A DNA stretch of 64,000 nt from Podarcis erhardii (lineage: Eukaryota), in the NCBI GenBank assembly GCA_964252035.1, contig OZ176200.1. One strand, written 5' to 3'. The notes below the pieces were generated by a model. It did not search any database. It was not told where the DNA came from and saw only the letters and a program-made list of their open reading frames with translations. This document shows positions 44,188-55,613 of this stretch, one piece after another; position 1 is the stretch's first letter, and each line of letters opens with the position of its first letter. The position numbers and the translations under genes were made by a program.

Positions 44188-47100
44188 GCATCCGTTTCCA
44201 TGCTCTTGTTTAATGGCTACCTGCCCCCAAATTGCGACAGAGGACTAGAACTAGCAATTCACAAAGTAGTTTATTGAACATTTGACATTCAGATCTGAGA
44301 TTTCTTCCTATATTCTCTTACCATTTTTTTTTAAGAAAACAGTTTAGAAAAGCTGCAGGTTTCATAATAAAAAACAACAACACTTATTTGAGACAAAGAC
44401 CACATACAAACACGTCCCTTTGCTATCACTCTCCAGTCTTTACTGACAAAATGGCCTTTAATAGGAATGGAATCATACCCCATAAGACGAACCAGCTATA
44501 GAATGGTGCGGTGGGCTCCTTCAGATTGTCAGCTCAAAATGGGTCTCTAAAGCGTTTTAACCTCCATGGGATAGTCTTGAAAGCTTCAGTTCAGTGGAAA
44601 TGGTGCGATACCCAGGCCCGCCTAATGCATGTGGGATGCCTTATCATAGTGTGTCAATTTTAGCAAAGTCTGAATGATGTGTACTTCAGGGAGTGTTGGA
44701 GTGTTGAGCTTTTTTAAAAAATGGAGCTGAAACTCTTAAGAAGCAGCCAGTGATAGGGGGAGGGAATGCAAAAGTCCCCCAAGCATGTGTACTTATTTAA
44801 GGGAAGCTATCACTTCTGTGGCTCTTACACAGCAGATTAGTCACAATTGCACAGTTGTTGTGCTGCAAGATGATTATCTGGGGAGGCCCATGGGGAACAA
44901 AGCCTTGCCACAATTCCTTCATTCACTAGACTGTTCTTCCAAAAAGACAGCATGTTTCCTAAACAAACGTTTGGGATTGCCCTTGAATGAAATCCATGGC
45001 ACAATAGTGCCTCTTTCCAGTTGCCAGATGTCCATTATTTTAAAAGGACTGTGCTTAAATGGAGAACAGCACAGTCTCTCTGAGGGCCTGTCCCATGTTT
45101 CTGATAAGGGTTTGCGTTCATCAGCCCTTTCTACCATTTGACAACTCACCTAGAATGTCTGAACCATTTGTGGGCAATTGGTCAACACTTCTGCAACATA
45201 ATCATGAACAAATGTGTGCCAACCGCTCACCATTTTGACAACTATTTGGGGGTCGGGTGTGTTGAACAGCTTCACATAAAAGCCACCTTGACCAACCCCT
45301 TTTAAGCCATCGTGGATCGTGAGGATACTTCTCTCTCCACTAGTCACGAAATGGTTGCACTGGGTAAATGGTGGTTCTTTAGGGTATTACGGCTGTTGTT
45401 TCACCAAGAAACAATTGTCAATCCATACAGAACTACATAGGTAGTTACGTGTGTCCCTGGATGTATTTTCAAAACAACCCTGCCAGCAGATATACACTAG
45501 ATCACTCCTGAAACCCAAACAAAAAAATTTCCAAGCATTTTTATCAAAGCATAATTTTTTTAAAAAACAAGAAGAGAATTTGAACAACACTCCCAGCTTG
45601 GATGACTGCCTTCAGAGAAAGAGAGAGCAGGAACTTTGCTTCCTGTGATTTTGAGAAGGGGGAAGTGAAATTGGCAATGCTAGCACAGCATTCCCTGATC
45701 TACCATCCTGTTCTCTGAGGACTGCATAGAGTGATGGCGTTTTGAAAGATCATCTCTAGCCCATAGGGAAGAGTTTGCCTTGTTTTTCCTCATTAACTCT
45801 GAGTAGCAAAGACCTCTTTAACAATATACTGGGCAGATAGCTCTGCCTCTCTGCAGCAAAGTGCCTTTGTTGCTGCTAAGCTGCCCAATTCACCTCTTCG
45901 GCTCCAACACAATGAGGGCTGTGGATCTTCTATAATTGAAATCATTCTAACCCATCTGGACACGTAATGAGATTGTGGAATCATGTGAAGAAAAAGGGAG
46001 AGGGAGAATAATACTTATTCGTAAAGATGCTTACTCTAAGATAGAAATGACTGGGGTCCATGCTTGCTATTCATGAATGAAAGAAATAACAATCAGACAT
46101 AATATTAAATTATATAGCATAAATTCCAGCCATGTAAGAGATGACTGCAACCCATATATTAAGCATTTTGATTCTCTGTGTTGCTCTCCAGCAACAGGGG
46201 TGCCTGAATGTTACAAAATTAAAGGTGGACATCTTAAGGAAGTTTCTTTTAAAATCACTTATACTGAACCAAATGAATACTGCAGGTGTTATTTTATCAT
46301 TTGGCCGGTGTTGTTAAGAGTATACCTACTGTCATTAGGCTCCTTGTTGTGGTTCAAATCAGGCAAGCAGCTTTGTCATGATGACCAAAGTCTGGTTGTC
46401 TGTGTCCGTCTCCATCAATGCGCCTTCCTGTGGTTCCCCTTCAAACCATCCTGCTTCCAGGTAGGAGATGCGGCTGGGCAGTGCTTGGAACCTGTGGCCC
46501 TCCATGTATTGTTGGACTACAACTCCCATCATTCCTGACCACAAGCCATGCTGGCAGCAGCAGCTGATGGGAACTGGAGTCCAACCACATCTGGAAAGCC
46601 ATTGAAATCCATTCCAGGGCAGCCCAGCCACCTCTTGCACTCTGGCCTGAGATCTCTTCCTTTTCCACTTGGAAAATGGTTAAGAGAGACACCAGAATGT
46701 GGTGAGATGTAAGACAAGCCCTGTATCTCGTGAAACCAAATTGTCACCATAAAAAGCTTCATGGGAGGTACAGTTCAGATGAGAGCAATAATCTCCACAG
46801 TGCACGGCTGGTTTGTTGAAATGTTGGCATTGTATATAAATCAGATATACTCTCATGGCAGAAACAACAAGGACCAAAGCCCATATAATGTTTTTTGAAT
46901 AGGTTATGGTAAAATGCAAATTATTTGAATTTGGAAGTGAGACCCTAGTTAGCATTCTCAACATTTTGCATAGTACAAATGATCCTAATATTGATCCCAG
47001 CTGATGTGCAAAAATGAAACCATGAAGTTTTCTGAAAAGGACAAAGCACATTTATAATCTTCTCACTTCGATACTGAGTATGACCTCCAGTGAGATTTCT

Positions 47101-47525
47101 TAGTCCTGACAATCTGACCTACTGGTTTTAATGAGATTAAGTCACAATTTACTGTGACCTGATTGGGGCTTTTGATTAATAAATCTAAGAACTCCAGATA
47201 GATTACAGTAAGGATGCACCTTAAATAGCATTAAAACCAGCAAACCAAGTTTGTTTTGCTTTTACTGGGCCACCTTTAAATGAATGAGCTTTAAACAAAG
47301 GAAACCAGTCTTTTGCACTTCCATTTCTGTGGAGAGTTACATCATTCAAAATCTAAGCAGGTCATAATAGCCAACTTCCAGTATCCAGCATCCATTATCA
47401 AGTGATCTTGGAGACATCCATATCATATGTTTTCTCTTAATGTAAACTAAGAAAACTTGGTCTCCTTTTGAAAGGCCTCAGTTTACTTTTCTGTGTATCT
47501 GGTGAAGCTAATATCCACCATTCTT

Positions 47526-48098
47526 TTAATTTTTCCTCATTCTATTCCACGGAAATGTGATGTTGTTAAGATGAAGTCCACTGATTCCATTCAGGAAGAA
47601 AAGGAAGGCAGAAATGAATTCACACCAATAGGTTAGTGTGAAACCCGTGAGAGTGATGTGGTCCCTCAGAAGGAATAAGAAGCTCAAAACTCCAGTGAAT
47701 GAGAGCAGGAACGAGAGAAGAACGAGGATCGATCCCATCGACCACTTCTTCCTGGAGTTGACGTCTTCACAGACTTGGGAGACCATGAGAAGTTCCAGGC
47801 CAAAGATTGCGACGACAACAGCAAAAGACACCAGACTTCTTGCAAAAGTCATTCCCGCGTTGATCCCTCGAATGTTGGCCAACGTGAGATCAGTGGCACA
47901 TTTCAGGGCACTATTGTTCCCGACTGTGCAGAAGTGCCACAGTCCAAAGAGCTTTCCCTTGGCAAAAAGCCAGTGCCCATCGCACACAGCAATGGAGGAC
48001 AGGACAATGGCTATCGCAACGCAGAGGATAATCAGGCTCCTGATGAACATCTCAAAAAACGATCTTGTCCGTCTTCTACGAGTGAGTAACCACTGGGC
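47526..48098 (-). CDS. TMEM37: TMEM37 exon 2 coding part
   Basis: Four hydrophobic segments, GLWHFC motif; 573 nt open frame. Confidence 0.97.
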   Translation of the reverse strand, partial: AQWLLTRRRRTRSFFEMFIRSLIILCVAIAIVLSSIAVCDGHWLFAKGKLFGLWHFCTVGNNSALKCATDLTLANIRGINAGMTFARSLVSFAVVVAIFGLELLMVSQVCEDVNSRKKWSMGSILVLLSFLLSFTGVLSFLFLLRDHITLTGFTLTYWCEFISAFLFFLNGISGLHLNNITFPWNRMRKN

Positions 48099-48547
48099 CT
48101 TAAAGAGAAGGTCCAGAAAGAAAGAAGTTAAATACCCCTCCTATTAAAGCAACACAGATTGCTTTTAAATCGCAGCCAGCAATTATATTGCTATTGATGT
48201 TGTGACCAGTTAGAAAGAATGCTCAATAACAGCGAGAGTCGTTGAAGTCGGTTAAATACACCGGGCAGATAAGCTTGGTTGGGTACACACTATACATTTA
48301 AAGCACACTGCTACCCTCAAAGAATCTTGGGAATTGTAGTTTGTTAATGGTGCAGGGAACTTTAGATCTGCGAGGGGTTCCCAGGATTCTTTGGGGGAAG
48401 CAATGTGCCTTACATCTATGGTGTGTACGCAGCCTTAATATACAAATGATTTGAGAGTGCTGTGAGAAAGTGAAGACAGTGATAAAACATTTAAAATGCC
48501 ACAGAAGCAGTGGAAGTCTTACCAAACCAATCTTTTGAATATAACAT

Positions 48548-48615
<68 letters not shown>

Positions 48616-51321
48616 AGGGAGAGAGAGAGAGATGCTACATTTATGCTGTTAAGAGTCTGGAAAGAAAGTAAATTATCTGCCATATTTCATTCATAAGAAA
48701 AAGAAAAGTGAAGCAGGCTACACTTAGTCACATCTTTCTTTGGTCTTGTAGGCAATGCCCTGGCTGACTACTATTCAGAGAAGCAACAAGGCACCATATA
48801 CTAGCAAACAGAGTTTTTATTTCCCACTAGCTGGACCATAAAGAAGGCTGATTGCTGAATAATTGATGCTTTTGAATTATGGTGCTGGAGGAGACTCTTG
48901 AGAGTCCCATGGACTGCAAGAAGATCAAACGCATCCATTCTTAAGGAAATCAGCCCTGAGTGCTCACTGGAAGGACAGATCATGAAGCTGAGACTCCAAT
49001 ACTTTGGCCATCTCATGAGAAGAGAAGACTCCCTGGAAAAGACCCTGATGTTGGGAAAGATGGAGGGCACAAGGAGAAGGGGACAACAGAGGACGAGATG
49101 GTTGGGCCGTGTTCTCGAAGCTACAAACATGAGTCTGACCAAACTGCGGGAGGCAGTGGAAGACAGGAGTGCCTGGCGTGCTCTGGTCCATGGGGTCACA
49201 AAGAGTCGGACACGACTAAATGACTACACAACAACAACAAAGCAGCACAGACCTGTTCTTGGCTGAAGCAGGAAATCCTCCCACAATCGGAGCATTTTTT
49301 TAAAATTGTGTGTGTAGGAACAAGTCTATTGCGCATGTGGCTTGCCCCACTTTACGAACTTGCCTCCCTCGCTGCCACTGCAAGCTTGCCTGCCCAGGCC
49401 GCCCGCCCAAGGCTGCATTGAAACTTCCCCAGCTTAACATTTCGATCTGTCTTGCCATGGCTTGTTCTGTGCAGAAGTGTTGGCTGTCATTGACGCCGCC
49501 TCCAGAGTTTTAAAAGTGAGAGATTAAAATGTTCTACTTCTCCCTATACACACTTTTCTAGTAATGAATATTGCAGATCATCGAGTTCTGATTTCCTGTG
49601 TGTTGGAGGAAAGGACCCTGACTATTTTGATGTCTCCATCAAGATAACCTTTATTGCCTGAGGAGCTGTCTCATGGGTTTTCCAGGGCCATCATTTTATA
49701 ATGTTGTGAAATGATTTCACAGAATTGTAGAGTTGGAAGGACCCTGAGGATCATCTATTCCAACCCCCTGCAATGCAGGAATATACAGCTGTCCCATACA
49801 GAGATTGAACCTGCAACCTTGGCATAAACAGCACCATGCTCTAACCAACTGAGCTATCCAGGCTGCTTTGGATATGGGCACAACATAAGGAGCAAAGGAG
49901 TATCATTGCATTGTACAGCTGGAAGGAACCTCAAGGGTAATCTAGTCCAACCTCCTGCAATGCAGGAATCTTTTGCCTAATGTGGGTGCTCGAACCCACA
50001 ACCCTGCGATTTAGGGTCTCATACTCTACCGAGTGAGCTATTGAGCTATCCCAGGCAGAGAGGTATCAAAGAGAAAACCAGGACTTCTTCTCTGATCAGC
50101 ACAATGAATGTTTTCAACTTGGGGGGAAAGATGGGAAATTCAGTCAAGCAGAGCTTGCGTTGATGATGAGACATCCAGCAGAGGAATAATAAATGCTGGA
50201 TAGGAGTTGCTTAAAGGTTAAGTGTTTTTAAATGCTTGATTTTATTATTTAATAATTTTAAGGGTGTGTGTGTGTACACATGCATAGATTTATATGATTT
50301 TGCTGGAAACTGCTGAAATGGGAATTTGAAGAAAAGGCTGTAGCTCAGTGGTTGGAGCATCCACTCTCCATACAGAAGGTGATGGGTTCTAATCCCAGCA
50401 TCTCCAGGGCAAGGAGAAACCTCTGTCTGAAATCCTGGAGAGCAGCTGCCAATGCAGAGAGGATTCAGTTAGAAGGACCAATGGTCAGACTCAGTATAAA
50501 GCAACTCTCTATGATGCCATCCTGCTCCAATTTCTCAGGAGCTTAGTTCACAAGCTAAAAACATTCGCTGTGAGCATATCTTCCTTGTAACATCCTATAT
50601 CTCTTCTTTTCTTAATTGCAGCCCCTGTGGTTCATTATATATCTATCTATCTCTATATATTAAAATATGGCTCTTGCACAAAATATCCTCACAAGATCCA
50701 CTGAGCGAGAGTCAGTTTTGCTGAAACATCAGTAATAATGTCCGGGGAGGAACAGAGCCACTGATCTTTGTAAACAACTCATTGCATTCCAGGAGAGAAG
50801 GGAGGAAATGGAGCAAGTTCAGAATGTTATTTGAGTCCTTAAGTTGACAAAAGCTTACACAGTGAAACCCCAACGGACCATAGCTCTGCCTCTGGAGCAG
50901 AATCGTTTTGTACACATGATGTTAAAAGGGGTTTCATGGCGGAAGAAAGGCAGGGCAGAAATGTCAGAAAGCAAACAAGTTTTTAAAAAGTCCCCACCCC
51001 TGAAGTATGCAGCTAGAAAGCACAGACTTTGCATATTCAACGGGACAACAACCCTGTGAGGTAGGTTTGGCTGTGAGGCAGCGACTGGCCCAAGGACACC
51101 CAGTGAGCTTTATGTCGAGCGGGGAGGATTCAAACCCTAACCCCCACGCTCTAACTACTGTGTCTCATCAGATTTCCCTCATTGGATGGTGAATGTAAAT
51201 CTAGAAAAGCAGTCCAGACATTCAAAGTCAGATGTAAATGCCAGACCCTCCAAGTGTCTCTATTTTCCAGAGACAGCCCCAGATTTTCGTTGTCCCCGAG
51301 AGGGGGCAATGACAATAAAGA

Positions 51322-51374
<53 letters not shown>

Positions 51375-52198
51375 GATTTACAAAAACTGTCCTGGTTTCT
51401 GATTTGATCCTGGAATGTCCCTGGAATGTTTTCATGGGAGAAATGTTGGAGGGTATGGAGTTATGTGATCCCTTCCCAGCCAAGGAGATAAGGTACCATT
51501 TTTAGATGTTTGAAGGCTGCCCTGTATAGGGAAGTTTTTTTAAAAAAAGTTTAGTGTTGTATGTATGAATGTATGTATGTATGAAATCTCCCAGAGTGGC
51601 TGGGGCAAACCAGTCAGATGGACGGTGTATAAATAGTGAAATTATTATTATGATGGAATAGGGTGTCCCTGTTTTCATCGGAGAAATGTTGGAGGATCTG
51701 AAACACACACACACACACCTACAGGAAGAGGGAGCGATGGAGAGAGAGATTTTGAGATTGCAGGAGGACAGAAGATCTTCTATCCGGGAAGCACTCCTAA
51801 ATGAAACGACAGGGAGAGACAGAGAGTTGGCCACAGCCAAGGGGGATCGACACAATAGCACATAAGAGAACTTTTTCCGCCTTGCTTCAAGACAAAGCGA
51901 TGATAATAAGCGGGGAATTTGCTTCGAGCAACAGGTGGCAAAAGAAAGTCGGCTAGTTTGAAGCGCGGGCTGCGATGAGCGGCTCTGCCTGTAGGGCGAG
52001 GGGGAAACGCGGGCAGAGGCGCTGCAACGCCAGAACAAAGGGCGGCGGCGGCGGCGGCGGCGGCACACAGCGATGCCAACAAAACACGCAGCTCCAGCCC
52101 AAACAAAAAGATACATATATATATTTGTCCCACCCGCCAGAGAGGAAGAATGGCTCCTCCTGAGCTCCCGATTTTACCTGCACTGCGATGGCTGTCAT
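47526..52198 (-). CDS. TMEM37: TMEM37 (voltage-dependent calcium channel gamma-like, claudin/PMP22 superfamily), 197 aa; join(52198-52178,48098-47526)
   Basis: Exon 1 is MTAIAVQ|gtaaaa (human MTAVGVQ). Exon 2 is tttaag|AQWLLTRRRRTRSFFEMFIRSLIILC...CDGHWL...LFGLWHFC...FWCEF-like YWCEF...ISGLHLNNITFPW..., stop TAA at 47526-47528. Confidence 0.97.
48277..48434. mobile_element. Palindromic MITE, PIF/Harbinger-like
   Basis: GGTTGGGTACACAC...GTGTGTACGCAGCC terminal inverted arms; same family as 33099-33236. Confidence 0.65.
48549..48630 (+). repeat. Compound (GT)n(GA)n microsatellite
   Basis: Read directly. Confidence 0.95.
48829..49240 (+). mobile_element. BovB (RTE clade) LINE 3' fragment
   Basis: SWTIKKAD-*-IDAFELWCWRRLLRVPWTARRSNASILKEISPECSLEGQIMKLRLQYFGHLMRR...GVTKSRTRL; (CAA)n tail; one CpG-type in-frame stop. 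Confidence 0.93.
49719..49863 (-). mobile_element. SINE: tRNA-Ile(AAT)-derived head plus CR1 3' tail
   Basis: Head matches recalled tRNA-Ile-AAT at 59/74, mostly CpG transitions; same tail as the Lys-type copies. Confidence 0.8.
49905..50056 (-). mobile_element. SINE: tRNA-Lys-derived head plus CR1 tail
   Basis: TAGCTCA...GGTAGAGTATGAGACCCTAAATC...GGTTCGAG; shared tail; short GAGCTAT duplication. Confidence 0.78.
50333..50512 (+). mobile_element. Squam2-like tRNA SINE, near full length
   Basis: GGCTGTAGCTCAGTGG box A, GGTTCTAATCC box B, 3' GACCAATGGTCAGACTCAGTATAAAGCAACT; family name is from recall. Confidence 0.7.
51045..51150 (-). mobile_element. Squam3/MIR-like SINE fragment
   Basis: CAACCCTGTGAGGTAGG...GACTGGCCCAAGGACACCCAGTGAGCTT...GGATTCAAACC. 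Confidence 0.6.
51242..51695 (+). mobile_element. Composite element: MITE (TIR CA-ACCCTCCAA / TTGGAGGGTATG), L2 3' end and duplicated MITE end, with a nested LINE-tail insertion
   Basis: 26-nt terminal motif repeated at 51427-51452 and 51670-51695 (one mismatch); insertion 51287-51373 flanked by AGATTT. Confidence 0.7.
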
Positions 52199-52790
52199 GC
52201 TGCCTTGCGCCCCTTCCCGCGGAGCGAGGCGGCGAAGTCCGGGCAGCAACTTCGAGGTCGGCGGCTGCGCGGCGGAGGAGAGCGCGAGAAATGTCTCCCG
52301 GGCGCCCGCTTCACGCGCCCGCTCCCGGCCAGGGGCCCATGGCGGCGGAGTGGGGCGCGTCCAAGGCCGCTCTGCCCGCGCGTCCTGCCGAGAGCGGCGG
52401 GAGGCAGGCAAGCAGGCGAACTGCCCTTTGAGTTTTCCCGGTGGCTGAGTCAGCAGCCGAGCCGAGGAGGAAAGGAGGAGGAGGAGGCGGAGGAGGAGGC
52501 CGCCGAAAGCGGCTGGAGCCGGCGAGCGGCTGGAGGAGGAGCAGGGGGAGGAGGGCCGAGAGAGGCGGAGGGCGCTCCGGGCAAGCCCGGCGCCAGGGAA
52601 GGGCCGCCGGGGGCACAACCGCCGCCCTCGCCTGGGCCGCGGCAGAAGTGCAGGGTCCCCTCCTGGGTCGCCGGGGGTGGCAGGGATCCACGCAGATCTC
52701 CACGGATCGCCTTTTCCGGGGGGATCCGCTGTTTTCTGCGCGCTTACATGCGCAGGTGACCTGGAGTGCTCCAAGCCGCCTCTTTAAGGG
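51940..52790 (-). promoter_or_regulatory. TMEM37: CpG island, TMEM37 promoter and 5'UTR
   Basis: Very GC/CpG-rich segment covering exon 1; contains (GGC)8 at 52041-52064 and GGA-rich tracts. Confidence 0.85.
52178..52198 (-). CDS. TMEM37: TMEM37 exon 1 coding part (MTAIAVQ)
   Basis: 21 nt, phase 0 donor CAG|gtaaaa, inside a CpG island. Confidence 0.92.
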
Positions 52791-52899
52791 CCACCTAAGT
52801 TGTGCTTCCTTCCTCTGTGAAATAGGCATTTTATTGGTTTTTTCCACAGCAGGGCAATAACCGCAAACAAAACAAGACTTGGAGTACAGTTTGTCAATT

Positions 52900-53330
52900 T
52901 GTCAGTAACAACAACTTATTTGTACCCCATCTTTGCCCCTGACGGGATTCAAGGTAGCTTACAAAGGGGGGGGGGGTCACTAAAAACGTAGAAAAAACAA
53001 TAAAAAAACAAGCGTTTTTGTAACACGTGTTTTACAAATACCAACAATTGTGATAAAAAGCAGCAGGGCACCAGCCCTTTCATTAAAAGCAGTCACTTGG
53101 CAAAAGTCTGTTGGAACAAGGTCTTCACCTGCCAATGGAAGGACAACAAAGAGAGCCAGGCTAGCTTCCTCAGGGAGGGAGTTCTGGAGTTGCTACCACC
53201 AAGATGGCCCTTTCCCACATTCTCTCAGGTGGAGATTGGGAGAAGGGCCTCCCCCAACGGTCTCAAAACCCAAGCAGGTTTGTATGAGGGAATGTGGTCT
53301 TTCAGATAGCTTGGACTGCCTCTAGGCACT
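52900..53330 (-). mobile_element. Degraded L2-like 3' fragment
   Basis: TTATTTGTACCCC...CAAGGTAGCTTACAA tail-type motif and CCTCAGGGAGGGAGTTC internal motif. Confidence 0.5.
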
Positions 53331-53675
53331 GTGATCAAGTTGTGACCAGAGGAGGAATGACCACGGGGAGAAGCGCAGAGAAAAGAAGCACCATGGTGCA
53401 TCTGCAGAAGCAAAACCAGACACCTTCATCTGCCTCAGCTGCAACAAAACATGTCTCTTCCATACAAGTATTAGTCTCTACAGCCTGCACTGCAACCTTG
53501 CAACAGTTTGACTTCACCCCCAAAGGCGTGCTTCTCCACTGTCTCCTGAGACAGAGAGAGGCCGACAACAGCAACAGGTTGAATTTTTGCATTTCATTAT
53601 CATCTAAGGTCACCCTTTGAAAGTCCACCAGTCAACTGGGGATAACGTGTCACAAAAAAGCTTCTGAAATAATCC

Positions 53676-53860
53676 TAAGGACATAAGAAGAGCCCTGATG
53701 GATCAGGCCAGAGGCCCATCTAGTCCAGCATCCTGTTCTCACAGTGGTTAACCAGATGCCCATGGGAAGCCTGCAAGTAGGACATGAGCCCAATAACATT
53801 CCCTTGTCCTGTGGTTTCCAGCAACTGGTTTTCAGAAGTGTTCTTGCCACTGAGAGAAGC
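53676..53860 (-). mobile_element. CR1-like 3' end (CTTATGTCCTTA tail)
   Basis: ACATAAGAAGAGCCCTGATGGATCAGGCCAGAGGCCCATCTAGTCCAGCATCCTG. Confidence 0.7.
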
Positions 53861-55613
53861 ATATCGCCTCCATTTTGTTTGTTTTAGAGGTGTCACTAGA
53901 CACTCCCCCCCAACAGATGAACACAGCACGCACACTCTCTCTCTCTCTCTCTCTCTGGGAGTTCTTACTCACAGTAGGGATCTCCCAGCAATGATTGCAC
54001 AACATTTAACATAAGAAAAACACAAGAAGATAAATGCCAGTTGGGCAGCTCTGAGCAGCCTGTGAAAACTGGCTTCTTGCCTGGGGTAGACTGCACATGC
54101 TTGCAGTTAAACTGGCATTGGCATGCTAGGATGATTGAAGGCTGATGCTCTAACATATTTGTACCCTCAAGTCCTTCTTATGTTCACCGCCTGCAGCTAT
54201 CAAGGCATTGCTGAGCAAAATAAGGGAGGCAGGCTGGACAGAGGATCCTTCTTACTCTCTTGCTGCTCACCCTTGCAGTGAATTGAGCAGGGTGGTGGGC
54301 TTATTGATTTGTCTGTGCTGTCATTTCCATGTACTGTAAAGTGTATATCCTCAGTTTCTTTCTTGTTCTGAAATCTATAGCTCTTAACATTTAAAAAGCT
54401 ATCTTCTTGTGTTTGATAATTGCCCACGCAGTATTTGCACCAGCACTGTGAAATGTTATTTCTTGCAAGCTGTCATCCACATGCTTTCCCTGATCATTCC
54501 ATATTTCTGCATTCGAAGGCCAATATTGTTTCGTACTTGGTAACTGTTTCATTGACTAAATCAGGTTATGTGGAAGAAAAAACAAAATGGAAAGAAATCT
54601 ACTTTATTGGGATTTCATGTACTTCTAGTGCTGGTCAGCTATTTTCTTGTTTCATGCTCCCTTTGGACTATGTCACAAATTAGGAGTCAAGTCTCTTTTC
54701 TGAGAGCAGCAGCTAGTTTTCAGGATCAACTGAAACAGCAGTTAGTAGAGTGAAATACAGCAGATATAGTCCTCTGCAGCACACCTTAGGGGATACAGCC
54801 TTGTATAAAGTCAGGGAATGGGCTAAAGGTCTCCAATTTTACATGCCTGAGATCTGATAGTGTTATAGTTACTCCACATAAAAGTAAGGAAGCTCCTAGC
54901 CAGAATAATAAAACAGCGAACTTTTGCACTCTCTCATTATATTTGATAAAGTTGTTACTGCTTTGAAAAGATTGCAGCATGTGAATCACAAGGAAAAACA
55001 TCCAACTTTATCAGAGTCTGCTGTCAAAGTCCAAGCTTTGTCTTGAAAACATAGCAATCTAGCGTTTTAAGAGTGTGATTAGGGCAGTTCGCAACCCCAC
55101 CAAGGAAATACTCCAAACCAAGTGGAAGGCTCACAGTTCAGGGTGAGACCATGTTTCAATCTTTGGCATCTCTAGTTAAAAGGATCTCAGGTAGGTGTAC
55201 TGGGAAAGGCTTTGTGGAGAGGCAATGTGCGCCCAAGTAGAAAATACAAGCCTAGATAGTCCAGTGGTCTGACTCTGCATAATGAGAGATGTAAGACAAC
55301 ACTTTAAAACAGCTGCCTCATCTTGATTAAGCATACCTTAGCACATTCAAAGTGTTCAGCATGATTTATGGTCACCTCATTCATTTTTACGACAGTCTTG
55401 TAAGGTAGGCCCGTATTATAAAGTTCTATTTTAATGCTGGGGCAGAGAGAAAAGAAAGTGGTGCTTGAAAAGAGTGCCACCAAAATACATTTGGGGCTGA
55501 GATGACATTTGCAGTCTTAGGTGGGAGATACGGGACCAGATGATGTTGGACTACAACTCCCATAATCCCAAATCATTGTTCCCCGTCCTTTCCTTCAGAT
55601 GCTTTAGAAAATA

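Noticed and set aside
47638-48147. Plus-strand ORFs of 169 and 104 aa
   Set aside because: Antisense shadows of TMEM37 exon 2.
49320-49510. CpG-retaining intronic patch with NRF1-like TGCGCATG and RFX-like TTGCCATGGC motifs
   Set aside because: The matches are partial and short; they cannot be told from chance without chromatin or conservation data.
51151-51505. ORFs with poly-Ile or poly-Leu runs that resemble TM segments
   Set aside because: Translation of the (ATT)n tail of the nested insertion.
51780-52860. Many long overlapping ORFs (up to 273 aa), one in frame with the TMEM37 start
   Set aside because: They lie in a CpG island where stop codons are rare, translate to low-complexity Ala/Gly/Pro/Arg, and the in-frame one starts at TTG. 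Only MTAIAVQ matches a known protein.
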